Made by a program: the position numbers and the translations under genes. Below the pieces are notes generated by a model. That model did not search any database. It had not been told where the DNA came from and saw nothing but the letters and a program-made list of their open reading frames with translations. A stretch of DNA of 64,000 nt from Auanema rhodensis. Its lineage: Eukaryota; Animalia; Nematoda. Location of the stretch: contig OZ059898.1 in assembly GCA_964057225.1 (NCBI GenBank), forward strand, positions 5,146,001 through 5,210,000. Reading direction: 5' to 3'. Shown piece after piece: positions 26,419-39,868 of the stretch (position 1 is its first letter; every line of letters begins with the position of its first letter).

Positions 26419-29400
26419 GAATTGAACTTAGTATGAGCTCACACAATGATATGTTGTACCGATGGCTGAGTTTGAGAAGGACAAAAAGCCGTGTACAATC
26501 AACGAAATAACTGTTTGCACTCGAGTGAGTCGTGACTCGGAGACACGCGTCTCCTCTACCCTTTTCAACCATCAGACGTTGGTATTGGTCAGTGAAGTTC
26601 TGTAGGTCGAGATAACGTCTCAAAACTTCGTCGAGAAGTTTGACATTTCAGTTCTTTTGAAGTTTCATGATCTTAGGGTACTTCGAATTAGAAAACGAGC
26701 TTCGCGCTCTGAATCCGCCAGATACAGAAACATTTCTTTTGATTTTCGAACCAAGTATAGGTGTACTATACCAACATTTGAAACACTACTGGTTCATGTT
26801 ATAACTTTATTAATGTAAAGTTCAACCTTCTGAAATATATTATTTTGAATTTTACCAAATGTATGACCGTTTATGACTATTCACTCAACATTTTTTCGCC
26901 GTGGTACTTGAACAGCTTTAACTACTACAAACATGAGATGAAAGCAAGTTTAAGAGCTTGTTCATAGCTGATTGTAAAAGCGTGAGTTGTGATGAGTATA
27001 AGATGAGAAAGTTTAATTTTTTTCCGTACAATGGACCAATAGGTCATTCAATTCTGGCCTCAATTGATACCAATCACGATCTTAGTTTTTTCTTCTGACG
27101 ATGATTTTCCGAGAATAAACCCACACCTCATCCTTCTAATATATCATTCGCACCCTTTCCCTATTGAAGAAAATGGTTGGAATACAGTAGGAGCTAGTTG
27201 ATAAAAAAGTTTTTTTTACTAAAAATTTCGGAAAAATGATGTTGAAAGAATGATATAAATAAATTCTGGAATCGAGAGAGCGAGAGAAAAAGAGAAGAGA
27301 AAATACAACCAAACTAAGAAAGAAGAAGGGATAAAGTAAGGTGAGTGATTGTGATGACAGAAATATAGTTATATAAGATATGCTAGATAAACAAGAATTT
27401 TGAAATATTCTTTTTTTATATTCTTTTTTCTGACTGTATGTACTTTATCATTTTCTATTTTCGGAACTTGCAGCTTGTCGTGCGCAGTTCGAGCGGTCAT
27501 CTCACATTTCAATAGTTTCATATAGTATCTATCCTATTCACTATACTCTTGTGCCCTGAGGCTCTTTGCCTTCTCTTGTCCTCTCTTCTATCTCATCCTT
27601 TCGTGTGCTCTCTCTTGATTTCGCTCTTTTAGTTCATTTGACAGTTCAAACGATGGTCCAGTTTCTCTTCAATATGTCAACTATCTCTACAATTCGTAAT
27701 ATCTCTGAATCTCTTGCTTTTCTCTAACATCTCACTGTCCGTTATTGGTCTCCTGTTTGTTGAGCTGTCAAAGTGACTTCTTACAGTCTTTGACTGCCTC
27801 ATGCCTCTACTATTCTAATGCTATTCAATGTCTTTTTCTGACCAATTGCATAGTCTCTCCCTTCTTGTCGCAACTTCGAGTCCCCCAGAGCTGCGAGAGC
27901 CGTCGCTCATTTTCAAAAGCACTACAGTACAGTCTAGCTCTACTCTTCTACTCTCGTACTTTTCTTTCAAACTGACCATCTAATTCTTTCTCTCTCATTA
28001 TCTCTACTATCTCATTCTTTCTCTATGTCGAATTAGATATTCTTTCCTTCTCTAATGCTCTTGCTATTTTTCAAAGTCGTTTAGTTGTCTCACAGTTCAT
28101 CAACTTCATCATCTACTATCTGCTATCCCTCCCTCCTAAACTCTCCAACCACCTTTCCAACAAACCACCACACCCCCTCGAGCGCTTTTGTTCGAGCCAT
28201 CAACCCACTTTGTGTCTTTCACCTTCTAGATAACTACTCCTCCCCTTTCATTATATTCCTTTTAAAGTAATTTGAAACATTCTCATCTTAGTTCTATCTT
28301 TATGCGAAACTGAATGACAATATAATACTTTACTTTGAATATCTTTAATTCTAACAGACCATCTTTCGATCTTTTGTACTTTTGCTAGCTTTGACTGTCA
28401 GTATCAGCATATTTCTATATATAAGGTTACATCGTCTTTCTATTGTCAAGCTCTTTTCTCAGTTTATGTCAATAGACATATACATATGTAGTACTTTCTC
28501 TCTAACTTTTACTATTATTATTATTATTATAGTAAAAATATAAATAAGTTTCAAAAAATTGTTTTCAATTTTTCTCAAAATTTCTAAATCATGTTGTAGC
28601 AGTTTATATTCTTCTATATATTCTATCTTTTTCTATTACATTTATATTTATACATTTTTTTCATTTTCTAATATATTTTATATTTCAAAAAGTAAAAGAG
28701 AAAGTAGCTTTTTTACTTTTCCTAACTTTCTTTCGAAACTTTGCTACAGCTTCTTCCTTTTCTGTACTATCTTCTTTCCATTTTAGTTTACTCAACTGTC
28801 GCAATTTTCCATCTTACTCTCATCCCTCTATCGTATGTATATACCTTTCCTCTTTCTCTCTCCCTATTTCTCTCGCAAATATGTATATACATATACATAT
28901 ATATCTTCATTATTCTCTTTAACGTTACTACTATCTCTACTATATCGCTCAAACTAACCTTAACCCAATATGGAAGCTTAATTGTCGTCCAGTCGACCCT
29001 GTCACTAACGTCTTACCTTTGATAGTTCCGCTTCTGAATATTTCTTCTGTATTCAATACAACAAAATTTTTTTTAATACGATTTCATTAAAAAATATTAT
29101 CCGAAATTTTTAATTTCATTACGTCATTCTAATTTTGTTTTATTCAAAATAGAAAAAAAAAACTAAATTGAAAATTCAGTCTAACAAAACTTCAAAAAAA
29201 ATTTGTTTTATAGTATGTTCCGAATATTCTACATTTTTGTAGTTTACTTCTATTGCAAATGAAAAATTACAAAATTGATATCATACTGTACATTTCTTCA
29301 TACTTTTCAAAAATTTAAATATGAAATATGGTAAGTAGTGAAAAAGTTTCACAATCATCTTTGATCAGTATTAAGTCACAATCATATTCTACGATATCGT

Positions 29401-31258
29401 CAGAATAATCATCTTCTATTATTTGCTGCTACCGTTTAAGCATCAGCAGCTTATAAGATTTCCTCCAAAACAAAACTTTGAGCTACAACCTCATTGAGTA
29501 GGTGAGAGAGAAGACGAGAGTTGAGAGAATGAGCTGTTCCACAGTTACAGAGAGGACGAAAAGTTGAGCTTTTCTCTTATTCTCTTTTAATATTTTGCTA
29601 TCTTATAGTCTCTTTCTTTCTCTCTCTTTCATTGTAGGTCTATTCATCTACTTACTGACCATCAGAAGCTTCAGCACGCATTCCTCATCGGGCGTCTCGT
29701 CGCGATTAGTACGATTATGTGTTTGTTTTTAAGAGTCTTTCTCTCAATCTTTTCTTCTATACTTCGTATTTGCGGTTAAGACATACCATATTTTCCATTT
29801 AATCTATTCTGTGCTAACTTCATCATTTCAAAAAATTCTGTATTTGGACATTTAAAAGCTTTGAACTAAAAATTTACTTATTATATGAATATAATTAACC
29901 TATATTATCTAAATTATAAATTTACTTATAGTAGTATTATATAATTAATCCATTTTTATATAATATTTTTTATATTTTAAACACAAAAAAAAAGTTTTTT
30001 TTTTCTTTTTCTTCAAATGTCAAAAGAAAAAGAGTATAAAGACATACATATATAAATGAAATGATTGACAAAATAGTCAAACATATCTAGTGAGATGAAA
30101 GGAATACAGTTTCGTGCTTTTTCCTAGTTTATATAGTTGTCTATTTCTCTTTCTTTTTCATGTTTCTCTCATTGTTTAATCATATTCCTTTTTATCTTTT
30201 TGCTCAAATGAGATCTTGGTCATCTATAGTTTGACAGATATATTACGTCGTCATCGTACCCACGACGACAGTTCAGATGATGACAGCTGAAACGTTATTG
30301 TTGAATGTCAAATGAAATATGCAGAGTTATCAAAGGTGACATGAGAGAGGGAGAGTGTGTGAACTTGAAAATCTTCATAATCTTCAACAAATACCACTTT
30401 TGCTCATTTATAGCTTATTCTCAGATAGTTTTTTGAAAATAAAAAAAAAGAGGAAAGAACAATAACAAAAGCTTCATCAGTATGTAGTCTTAAACATACA
30501 TATTTCTATATTGTTTTTCTAGATTATCCTGATTTAACGAGTTTATTCAAAATTGTAGTTCACATTAAGTTTTCTATTTTTTAATTTTTTGTTATATAAC
30601 ATAAATAAAACACGAAAGTTGACAAATGTCGAATTTCTGATACAATATCTTTTTATTTTTTATAATTTTATTTTATTTTTCTAGTTAGTATTTTATATAT
30701 TTATCTTTTTGTGTTCATAGCTCCTCCCCAGCTACAGTCTAGACTTTGTGTAGGTATTTCATTTCATCTTATCATATCTGTTGTCTGTATATATCATGTG
30801 TATATTACATATTTATCTGTTTTTTCTTTTATTTCTGAATGAAATGAATGAAAAGTAAACTGCTCGAAACCACTGAAGTTGCTCTGACATCTATACTTTA
30901 CCTACCAGTCCGAGTAGTTCTCACAACTATCCTATTTCGTTGGATGTCGAACTTCGTTCTAATACTTGTGACCACTTGCCTTTGTCATATGCAATTCTCA
31001 ATTTTATTTCGATCTTTCATAGTATTTTTCGTTTTAATTACTGTTTTTCTATTCATATATTCATTATTATTTATTTTTCATTTCAGAATCAGCTTCTGAT
31101 TTTCATCACTTCTTATACTGTTTCTAGAGGCTGAAAAACAGATCGTCAATTTTGTGAAGGACTCAGAAGCTTTATTATCTTAAGCTTCTGCTTCTCATAT
31201 ATCTACTTTTACATCTGTTTTATTCTTTGCTAGTAGTCTTCTGGTCAATGAATCTAGA

Positions 31259-32491
31259 ATGACGGACTGTCATTCCTCATACGGCAGTGGTCTTCTTCCT
31301 CCGACGGAGCTGGTTGCTGCTGCTGCTGCTGCTGCTGCAGCTGCTGTCGAACAGTTTTCTTCTGGAGCTGAGAAATCAAGCGACGAGATGAGCACCATCT
31401 CATCATCAAATACCTCTACATCAGCTGAGCAGCCATCACCACCATACAGTGGTTCCAAGAGCAACGATCAAGTGAGTGTGACTACCTGTGATGAAACATA
31501 TTCTTAAATTTGAAAACAAGTTATTTTAATTCATTTTAGTTCTCTCCACCTGAATCGTACATGGATCAGCGGACAGAAACCCCTTCATCTGATCAGCTTC
31601 ATCTAGATTTCTCATCAAACAACGGTTATTCTCCAGATGGAACACACAGCTCTGACCGAGACGAGTCACCTGATACTGTTTCTACATCATCTGGAGCAGA
31701 GCTTCATGCCGACTCTACAGATATCAAGCCTATGATCTCTGAAGAATCAGAACTTCAACGCCGTAAGCCTATAAAAAAAGTAAATTTGAAAAGAATTTAT
31801 TTTAGAATTGTTACGACTTCAATCATTCGCTGAGAATGCCAATTCTGACTCCAGTAACAATCCTCAATTGAATCTGTTACAAGCATTTAGCAATTCGTTA
31901 TTAGGGGAGAAACTGTCAGCATCCTTATTAGCTGAAAAACTCAAGCAACAAGTAGCTGCTGCAGCAAATACTGCTTCAGCGAACACGAATAGTCAGAATA
32001 ATCAAAATTCTGCTGGAGCTAATGTTCCTTTGGTGCCATTAGGAGCCACATTACCACACCCCATTACTACTGACAGTACTCCAACTAAGAGAAAACGTCA
32101 ACGCAGGTATAATATTTGTTATATTATTAACATATAATAATGATATAATAATTATAGAAACCCTGTTTGGCCATATTTTGAAGTTATTGATGGAACTGCT
32201 CGTTGTAAACAATGCTTATATAGCACAAAATCTGTTTTCAGTACTAATCTCAAGGTTCACTTAAGGTCCCATCATCGTCCAGATTACGATAAAGTAAATT
32301 TCATTCAATATGTATATTAGTATTAATTAATTAATTTAAAGGTTATCCAAGCTGAAGATGCTTTAAATCTTAATGCTTTATTGTTGAGCGGAAATTCTAA
32401 TAAGTTGTTCTCACCTGATCCACGAAAACGGATACCACCTATGACTAGCAGCATATTAATGACAATCAATAAACGTAAGTATATAACAAAA

Positions 32492-32531
<40 letters not shown>

Positions 32532-35443
32532 GTTATGACTTTTAAACATTTCTCAATTATTATATAACCTATTAAAGACGAAATTAACATGTCTTTATCA
32601 GTAGATCAAGAAGCAAAGTGCATTCAATGCTTTCTGATAATAAAGTTGAAAAAGCTGACATACAATCATTAAATATAATTAAAACCACAACTAACGTTTT
32701 CAATGTAAAATCTTAAGACGTAGTAACGTGGACAGACATCAACATTTTGATTTTTATAGTAATTTAACTATAATATTCATAAATGAATCCATTAGAACTT
32801 GTAAATCAATTATTAAACTTTTCTAATTATTCTAATATAAACAAATCTGGTTTGTTATTATATTATATATTTATATAACATAATATATTTTGACGAGTAC
32901 AAAAATACTGGATGCTTCAAATGTATTCTATATTCTAAATTTAAAAAAAAATAAAATATATATGTAACTAAAAATGGATAGTTGTAGCAAAACTTTTTTT
33001 TCTTTATGTATATAAATTTTTTTTTTTTGAAAATACAAAACTTTATTAGCAACTAATATATACTATAACTTGTGTGACAACAAAAAGTATATCAAAACAA
33101 AAAAAAATTAATATTATATTATTATTATTTAATATAAATATATAATTTTTCAGTTGCAAATCAGAGTAGTAATGATGATAATCCATTGAATAGTGTTTTA
33201 CGGCAAACTTTAGCGGCAGGAACTATTAGCCAACAGTTGCAACAAGTTCAAAATCATTTGGTGAGCTTTGAAGTTATTAAAATAAATATATCTTAACCTG
33301 AAAAAAATTTAGAAAAGAAGTATTTCTAATATGCTTTATATTATAAAAATTACAGGCTCAACAACAAAAGCAACAACAACAACAACAGCAACAACAACAG
33401 CAACAACAACAGCAACAGAATTCTGTTCCACAATTTCCATTAAATGCTGCTAATTTGGCAGCATTAAATAACTTAGCACGTAATCAACTTATGGGATCAA
33501 ATAATCAAAATAACAGTATGTTTTAGACTTATTTTCTTCTTCTTTATTCTTAAAATAAAATTTGTTTTACCGTATTGACATTTTGAAATCATTTAGTTCA
33601 AGCACTCAATACTACAACGAAAAAATTGAAACTTTTAAGTGCTGAAAATTGACTATTTTCAAGTTTCATTTGAAAGAAAAAAAACTTTTCTGTTGTCCAT
33701 AGTTCGGATTTTTCGTTTTAATACTTTTACCGTAAAAAGGGTTTTAATTCAATACCGTCTGTCTCGACTGGTCAGTCATCGAAATCGACAGACTCCAGTT
33801 GATTGAAGCGTGCAGCTGACTTGGCTCAGTGTGTTGTCTGTGCAAATATTGACTGAAAACAAAATCTATAATATCTTTTATAATATAATGTTTGATTAAA
33901 ATAAACTTCATAAACTATATGTAGAATACATGTAAATATGAATATAATTTCAGGTATCAATGGACTTACTACAGAACAATTCATTAATCAATTCAATTTC
34001 CCTTCAAATCCTATCAAAAACGGTATATAATTATATAATTATCTATTCAAATTTTAAAAAATTTTTAAAATAAAATAAAAATAATATAAATTAAAATAAT
34101 AAGTGAATTCTTATTACTATAGACGTTCAAGCTCCTCATGGTACGGATGCTAATGGCATGCCACAGCCCAAGAGAAGAAGACTTCGTCGTCATCCCGTGT
34201 GGATGTTTTTCCGTGATCTCGAAGACCGCGTAAGTATTTTAAATTATTATTTCACGTAAGACGTAAGCATTTTAAATAAAAATACATGTATGAAACGGTT
34301 GTTGTTATAACAAAAATATTCTTTTTCAACTATTTTCATTATAAAATTTAATTTTTTTTAGATGGTTGGATGTATAAATTGTAACTTCCGTACGGGTTCA
34401 GCTTTTAGTACAAATTTGAAAATGCATCTAAAAGCTCATCACAAAGAAGATTATGAGCGGGTACATTAAACAAATAAAAATATATAATTATTAAATTATA
34501 TAATTATAGGTATTAAAATTAGAAGACGATATGAGAATTGAAGAAGGTATCTTTGGACCACCAAATAAGATGAAATCTGAACTTATTGATTTTATTCGTC
34601 TGGGTGGAAATGCTTCAACTCCACAAAATAACAGTGAGTTGACACATATGTTATTATATCGCTCATGTAGTTGTTTCAGTGAATCCTACTAATCCAAAGG
34701 CTTCACCGTTAGTTCAACAAATTTTGAATCAAACGATGGGAAATCGTCCAAGTGGTAATGGACAAGGGAAAAAGGATAGGTATAACAATAACAAATAATT
34801 TTTATTTAATAATTAAATTAATTATAGTATGGATGATGATCCATTCAGTGGAATGTCTATGTCAGATAAGCTTGCCGCTTTGGTAGGATTAGCTCCACCA
34901 GCCGGTAGTGTAGAAGGCGAAGTTACTGATGATGACAAATCACAAAGCACATTCCGTTCATCGTCTACATCATCATCAACAGCCACATCGGTATGAATCA
35001 TATAATATATTTTGTTTATCCAATTTGCTCTTTGTTTCAGAATCCATTCGAAGAACTTCGGCGTATTGCTGAACGAGTTGTTGCTGCCAATATGGGGCTG
35101 CAACCTCCCCCACAAGAGTTTACTATGGTTAACCTTAATGGCTCCATATTAACTCCAGAAGAGAAATCATCTCCAACTAATTCATGTACTGATATTGGAG
35201 ATGATAAGAAAAATGATAGAGATCGAGCACTTGCACGGTAAATTTTGAAATTGATTTATTCTCATATCTTATGATAATTATAGATTTTGGCTTGATCAAG
35301 GAGGTAATGATGAGCTTTTGACCAGCGATATCTTCAAGGATCTTCTTCGCACAATGGCTCCTGAATATGAAATTCCTGAACCAAGCCATCTTGCGGCTCT
35401 TGTTGAAGAAGAAGGATCATTGACGACTGTTGGCCTTCACTAA
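31259..35443 (+). CDS. BED zinc-finger transcription factor (two BED fingers, polyAla, polyGln, C-terminal hAT-transposase-like remnant), multi-exon
   Basis: BED1 is KRKRQRRNPVWPYFEVIDGTARCKQCLYSTKSVFSTNLKVHLRSHH. BED2 is KRRRLRRHPVWMFFRDLEDRMVGCINCNFRTGSAFSTNLKMHLKAHH. A10 is at 31316-31345 and Q16 at 33371-33418. The protein ends ...EEEGSLTTVGLH* (35441-35443). A TTTCAG acceptor lies at 31081-31086, upstream of the ATG. It may be related to C. elegans BED proteins such as GEI-13, which I have not verified. Confidence 0.92.
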
Positions 35444-38333
35444 ATATTATTAACCTCATCGGACGCAACTCGACATCATTCTATAGAAAAAAGGTTTTTA
35501 CCTGATCTGCACGGATAGATCGAGCCAAGCACAATGCTCAAAAAATTTCTTCCTGTCTCTTTGTAGTGTTTTACGGATCTAGACTCTACCGCTTAGACAT
35601 TTAGCTGTATATGAAGCAGTATCCCTGTTGTTAGCATTGTTTCCTTTCAAATGTTATTAGAGAAAATTCTTAATTATACCCTATAGTTAAATTCAGATTC
35701 ACTATCTTTTGTATCTTGACTAACTCATACGATTTTGAATTTAAAAATCGTTTATCGTTTATCGTTGTCAGTACCCTTTCATCCTCATATTTCTCTTTCT
35801 GAATTGCAACTTCCTCTTCCTTGCTCTCAAACGTTTCTCAAGTCTACAAAGTCCTTCATATGTGATGATCCCAAGAAAGAACGTCTTTCAATTTTACTCC
35901 TCTCTCGCCCTCTGTCCCTCTTTCTCCCTGTTTCTTCTCAAACACCTTGAACTTTCCAATATTGTTGGATTAGTGTTCGAAACCCTTCATGATAAGGTTA
36001 TTGGAAGTTTATCAGAAAATATCTTCTTGGTCTAACTGCGTTCATTCTTTCGCTTCAATCAATTGCCTAATTCAACCTTATTAGGGATTGCTATACTTCC
36101 ATATTCATATTATCTCAAGACTTATTACAAGATTGCAATCTCTTTCACTTGTTTCAAACAAGAAAAAGACTGACTATGAATATTTCTTTCTTTTTCATGT
36201 TAATCATCTGAAAAATTTGTATTATATCATATAGTTAGGAAATTTTTCTCCATCATCGCATTCATCGTCCTTGCTGATTTTTCCTTTAACTTCCATTCTA
36301 GCAACATCATCCTTCTGTTCATTCAAAAGTTCTTTTTATAGATGCTAATTGTTTGTATATGTATGGATTTCTTTCTCTTATTCTCTGGCTTCCAAATCAT
36401 TCTGAAACATCCGTTATCATCGCCTTTCTCTTTATCCTCAACTCTTCACGTAGCTTTCTATGTAACGATATGTTGTTGTACTTGTTCTTTCTGTTAACAG
36501 AGATGGCGTGTTGTATGGATGAATGACGACAATGACATCATTTGCTATAAAAATTATCATATAGTATTCAGATGTCATTCTGTTTCATTGTCGTCATTTC
36601 AGTCTCTCATCACATCATCATAGCCATGTTTTATGCAACGATGTGCCGTATATCTTAGATGTTAGAAGTTTCTCGATTTATCAGCTTCGGGATAATATTA
36701 ATTTGCCCCATATTGGGGAAAATTATATACATATAATATTATATAATCATCTAATTATTATACATTGTTTTCATTTTCTTGTGCATTTCAAAATTTCCTT
36801 GTCAACATTTCCTAAACTCAGGGAGTGTTCTGTATTCAGATCAATCGTCGCCATTACTTTTTAAAAATCTGATTCCATCTTATTACTTCAGAATCCTTTA
36901 TGTCCATCTTCATTTTTTTGCTTATTTTCTCTAATAAATTATCTTCATTTGATTTGTTAATAAGAAATATTTCTAATCTTCATGATAGAGATCTTATACA
37001 AGTCTTATGAAATCATCTAATATCTGAAATTCTGTTTTTGTGTTTGTTGTATACAATGGTTTTTATTATTTTTTTCTTCTTTTCCCGGCCCTAATTCCCC
37101 CGTTTCAAATATATTTTATAAAGTATACTATTATAAATACAATATACATTATAAACTATATATAAATATCTATAATTATTATAAATTATATAAAAATACA
37201 TTAGATGTTGTATATTATTTTCCATATTTTGTCATTCTTTCCAGAGTTCTATATACATATGTATATCTATGTGTACTATGTGCTGATTACTTGATGGTCT
37301 TTTCATTTTTTTGATTCTTCTTATTCCTTTTTTTCTTCTTCCTTTACTTCTCTCCTACTTCTTGATGATGCTGATGGTTTCCAATATTGTGTTTTCTTGT
37401 GTAATTTTGTATTAATGTTTGATATATAGATGGATTTTGATAAAAAAGTTTTATTAATTATATTTTATATGTTATTATTTCACAAAAAAAAACAACAACA
37501 AATTGAAGAAAGACATTTTCCTCAATAATAAGCAAAATACTAATACAGACAGAACCACATTTTTAATTTTTTAAAAATGAAATATGAAATTAACGCAACT
37601 AAAACCAAAATTAAAGAAACTTTCTACTAATTTACATTCAAGAATACTCTTCTTAATATTTGTGAAAAATTTGATATTGTGAGTTGATTACTTAATTTTC
37701 AGAAATATTTCAGTTAACTATCTAGAAAGATATAAGCTTATTGACTTTTTCAAGTTCAAAAAACAATTTGCTTAGTTATGGTAAAATGTTTAATCTTATA
37801 TAATATATATCCAACATGAATCAGGTTCCATAACTGAATTTACTATACAAGAATATGAATTTGTTTAATTTTTAAAAAATAGTTTTAATTAGATAAGTGA
37901 TACAACATTGATTATATTTTTATCAAATGATTATAATTTTCATATCAAATTATTGAAATGATGAAAAAGATGTTCAAATCATTGTAAATATTTTCATTAA
38001 TACACATACTATGTATATGATGATATTTAGTTAATTATGATATATTTCTTGTACTACTGTAGTTATTACTGTAATCAACATATACTTTAGAGTATACGGT
38101 AATACTATCTTTAATATATCGTGAGTGAAATAGTCATATCATGTAAACTTATTATCATTTTATTATTGAAAATTAAAACTTTTTAAATATTCAATGAATT
38201 CAGAATATTTGCATCTTGCAATTCATAAGAAAGTATGAAAGCATTCTTTTCTTTCAAATAGATAGAATAAACTCTATTTATTTGGCATAGTATATACATA
38301 CATATAAACAAAATTTGAATAAAAAAATAATAA

Positions 38334-38708
38334 TTAAGACCAAATAACTATAACAGTAGTTCCTGCTGATATAAGAAATAAAACTAAGAATACGATTAAT
38401 ATTATTCTAGGCCATACAGGACGTCGACGAACTTAAAAATACAAGATAAATTATATGAATATACTAAAATGAAGATGTTATTTACCTACAACTGGAGCTG
38501 CAACTACTGGTGCTGAAACTACTGCTCCACCTTCGATAACGGTAGCACCTCCAACTACGGTTCCTCCAGCAATGACACCACCACCATAATATCCTCCACC
38601 TCCATAATATCCTCCACCTCCGCCAACTCCAATGATAGCTACTCCTCCACCACGATCGTGATGATGATGATGATGGTGATGATGTGGATGATGGGTATGA
38701 TGCGTCAT
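38334..38708 (-). CDS. Small His-tract, Gly/Tyr/Val-rich protein with C-terminal transmembrane helix (106 aa, 2 exons)
   Basis: Exon 1 (38708-38486) and exon 2 (38431-38334) join in frame across a GT-AG intron, total 321 nt. The protein is MTHHTHHPHHHHHHHHHDRGGGVAIIGVGGGGGYYGGGGYYGGG...VAAPVVVRRRPVWPRIILIVFLVLFLISAGTTVIVIWS*. A TTTTCAG acceptor lies 8 nt before the ATG. Confidence 0.85.
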
Positions 38709-39868
38709 GATTAGAGCTGAAAAGCTTATATTGATTCATCATCATTCCCATTTTTCAACTGATAAGAAGAACAGAAATCAAAATGAGTAAAACAGAATCA
38801 ATTGTTTGTTAAAATATTGTAAATATAAATAATTTCATAAAAATTTCATAATTATTATAAAAAAAAATGAAAAAGAACTATTAAATGATAATTCTTTTGA
38901 TAATGTTTTTACTTAACTAGTGATAAATACTACTTTTTTTCAACATATAACAATAATATGAATCATATACATAATATTTTTAATTTTTATTTATAATTTA
39001 AAACATATTATAAGAATAATATTATTATATTATTATAAATAAATAAAAAATAAATGTATAACATCAAAAACAAAACTAATTATAAACTTTTCAGTTAACA
39101 AAACATTCTAAAAATATTTATAACATATAGTTAAAAATCTATAAATACATAAGATTTAGTTAAAAAAAAATAGAAAAGATGAATTCTCATGACAAGAATA
39201 GTAAAGAATTCTCTTCGATCTAGCGTTATCGTTATAATTTCATTGATAAAATACAGACATAATGAACCTTTTTAAAGAAATTCTTATGAACTCTCCAGTC
39301 TTATCATGCATTAATCATAATTTGACTCATACCATCATTTATAAACTTTTATGATGTCATATCCTTTATATATGATCATATGAGTATGTATAGTATTTAC
39401 ATTATAGTCATCAAACATGAAATTATATTAAAGGTCTATAAGAATATATATTTGTATTTTTAAAATTATTTTATGTTTATACATACATATATATATATAT
39501 AATTATATTCATTAATATATTGTATATCTTATACTTACATGTTTTCATCATAAGACTAAGCCAATATCGTGTGTCCTCAATAGGTTTTGTGTGCACTCAA
39601 CCATATGAATAAGATGACAAAACTAGTTATGTTGTCATGTCAAAAACCCGGAAAAAGCAGATTCTTCCAAGTCCAAGAGGTCATATTCGTTTTAAGAATA
39701 CTTTATCTTAACAAATAAGATGTAAACAAAGTCATCATTTAATAGATTAAACCTGTATTTTCAAGAGTTTTTCCTTTTTAAAACAGTATGAGAAAAAAAA
39801 CCAAGAAACAGAAGAAAAAGAAAAAACAAAAAAGCTGAAAGTTGTCGATCAAATTCAGAAATTTTGCA

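Noticed and set aside
8500-31134. Many 60-118 aa ORFs rich in F/L/I/S/Y in the intergenic region
   Set aside because: Their composition simply reflects CT- and AT-rich low-complexity DNA. They have no domain motifs or consistent splice phases.
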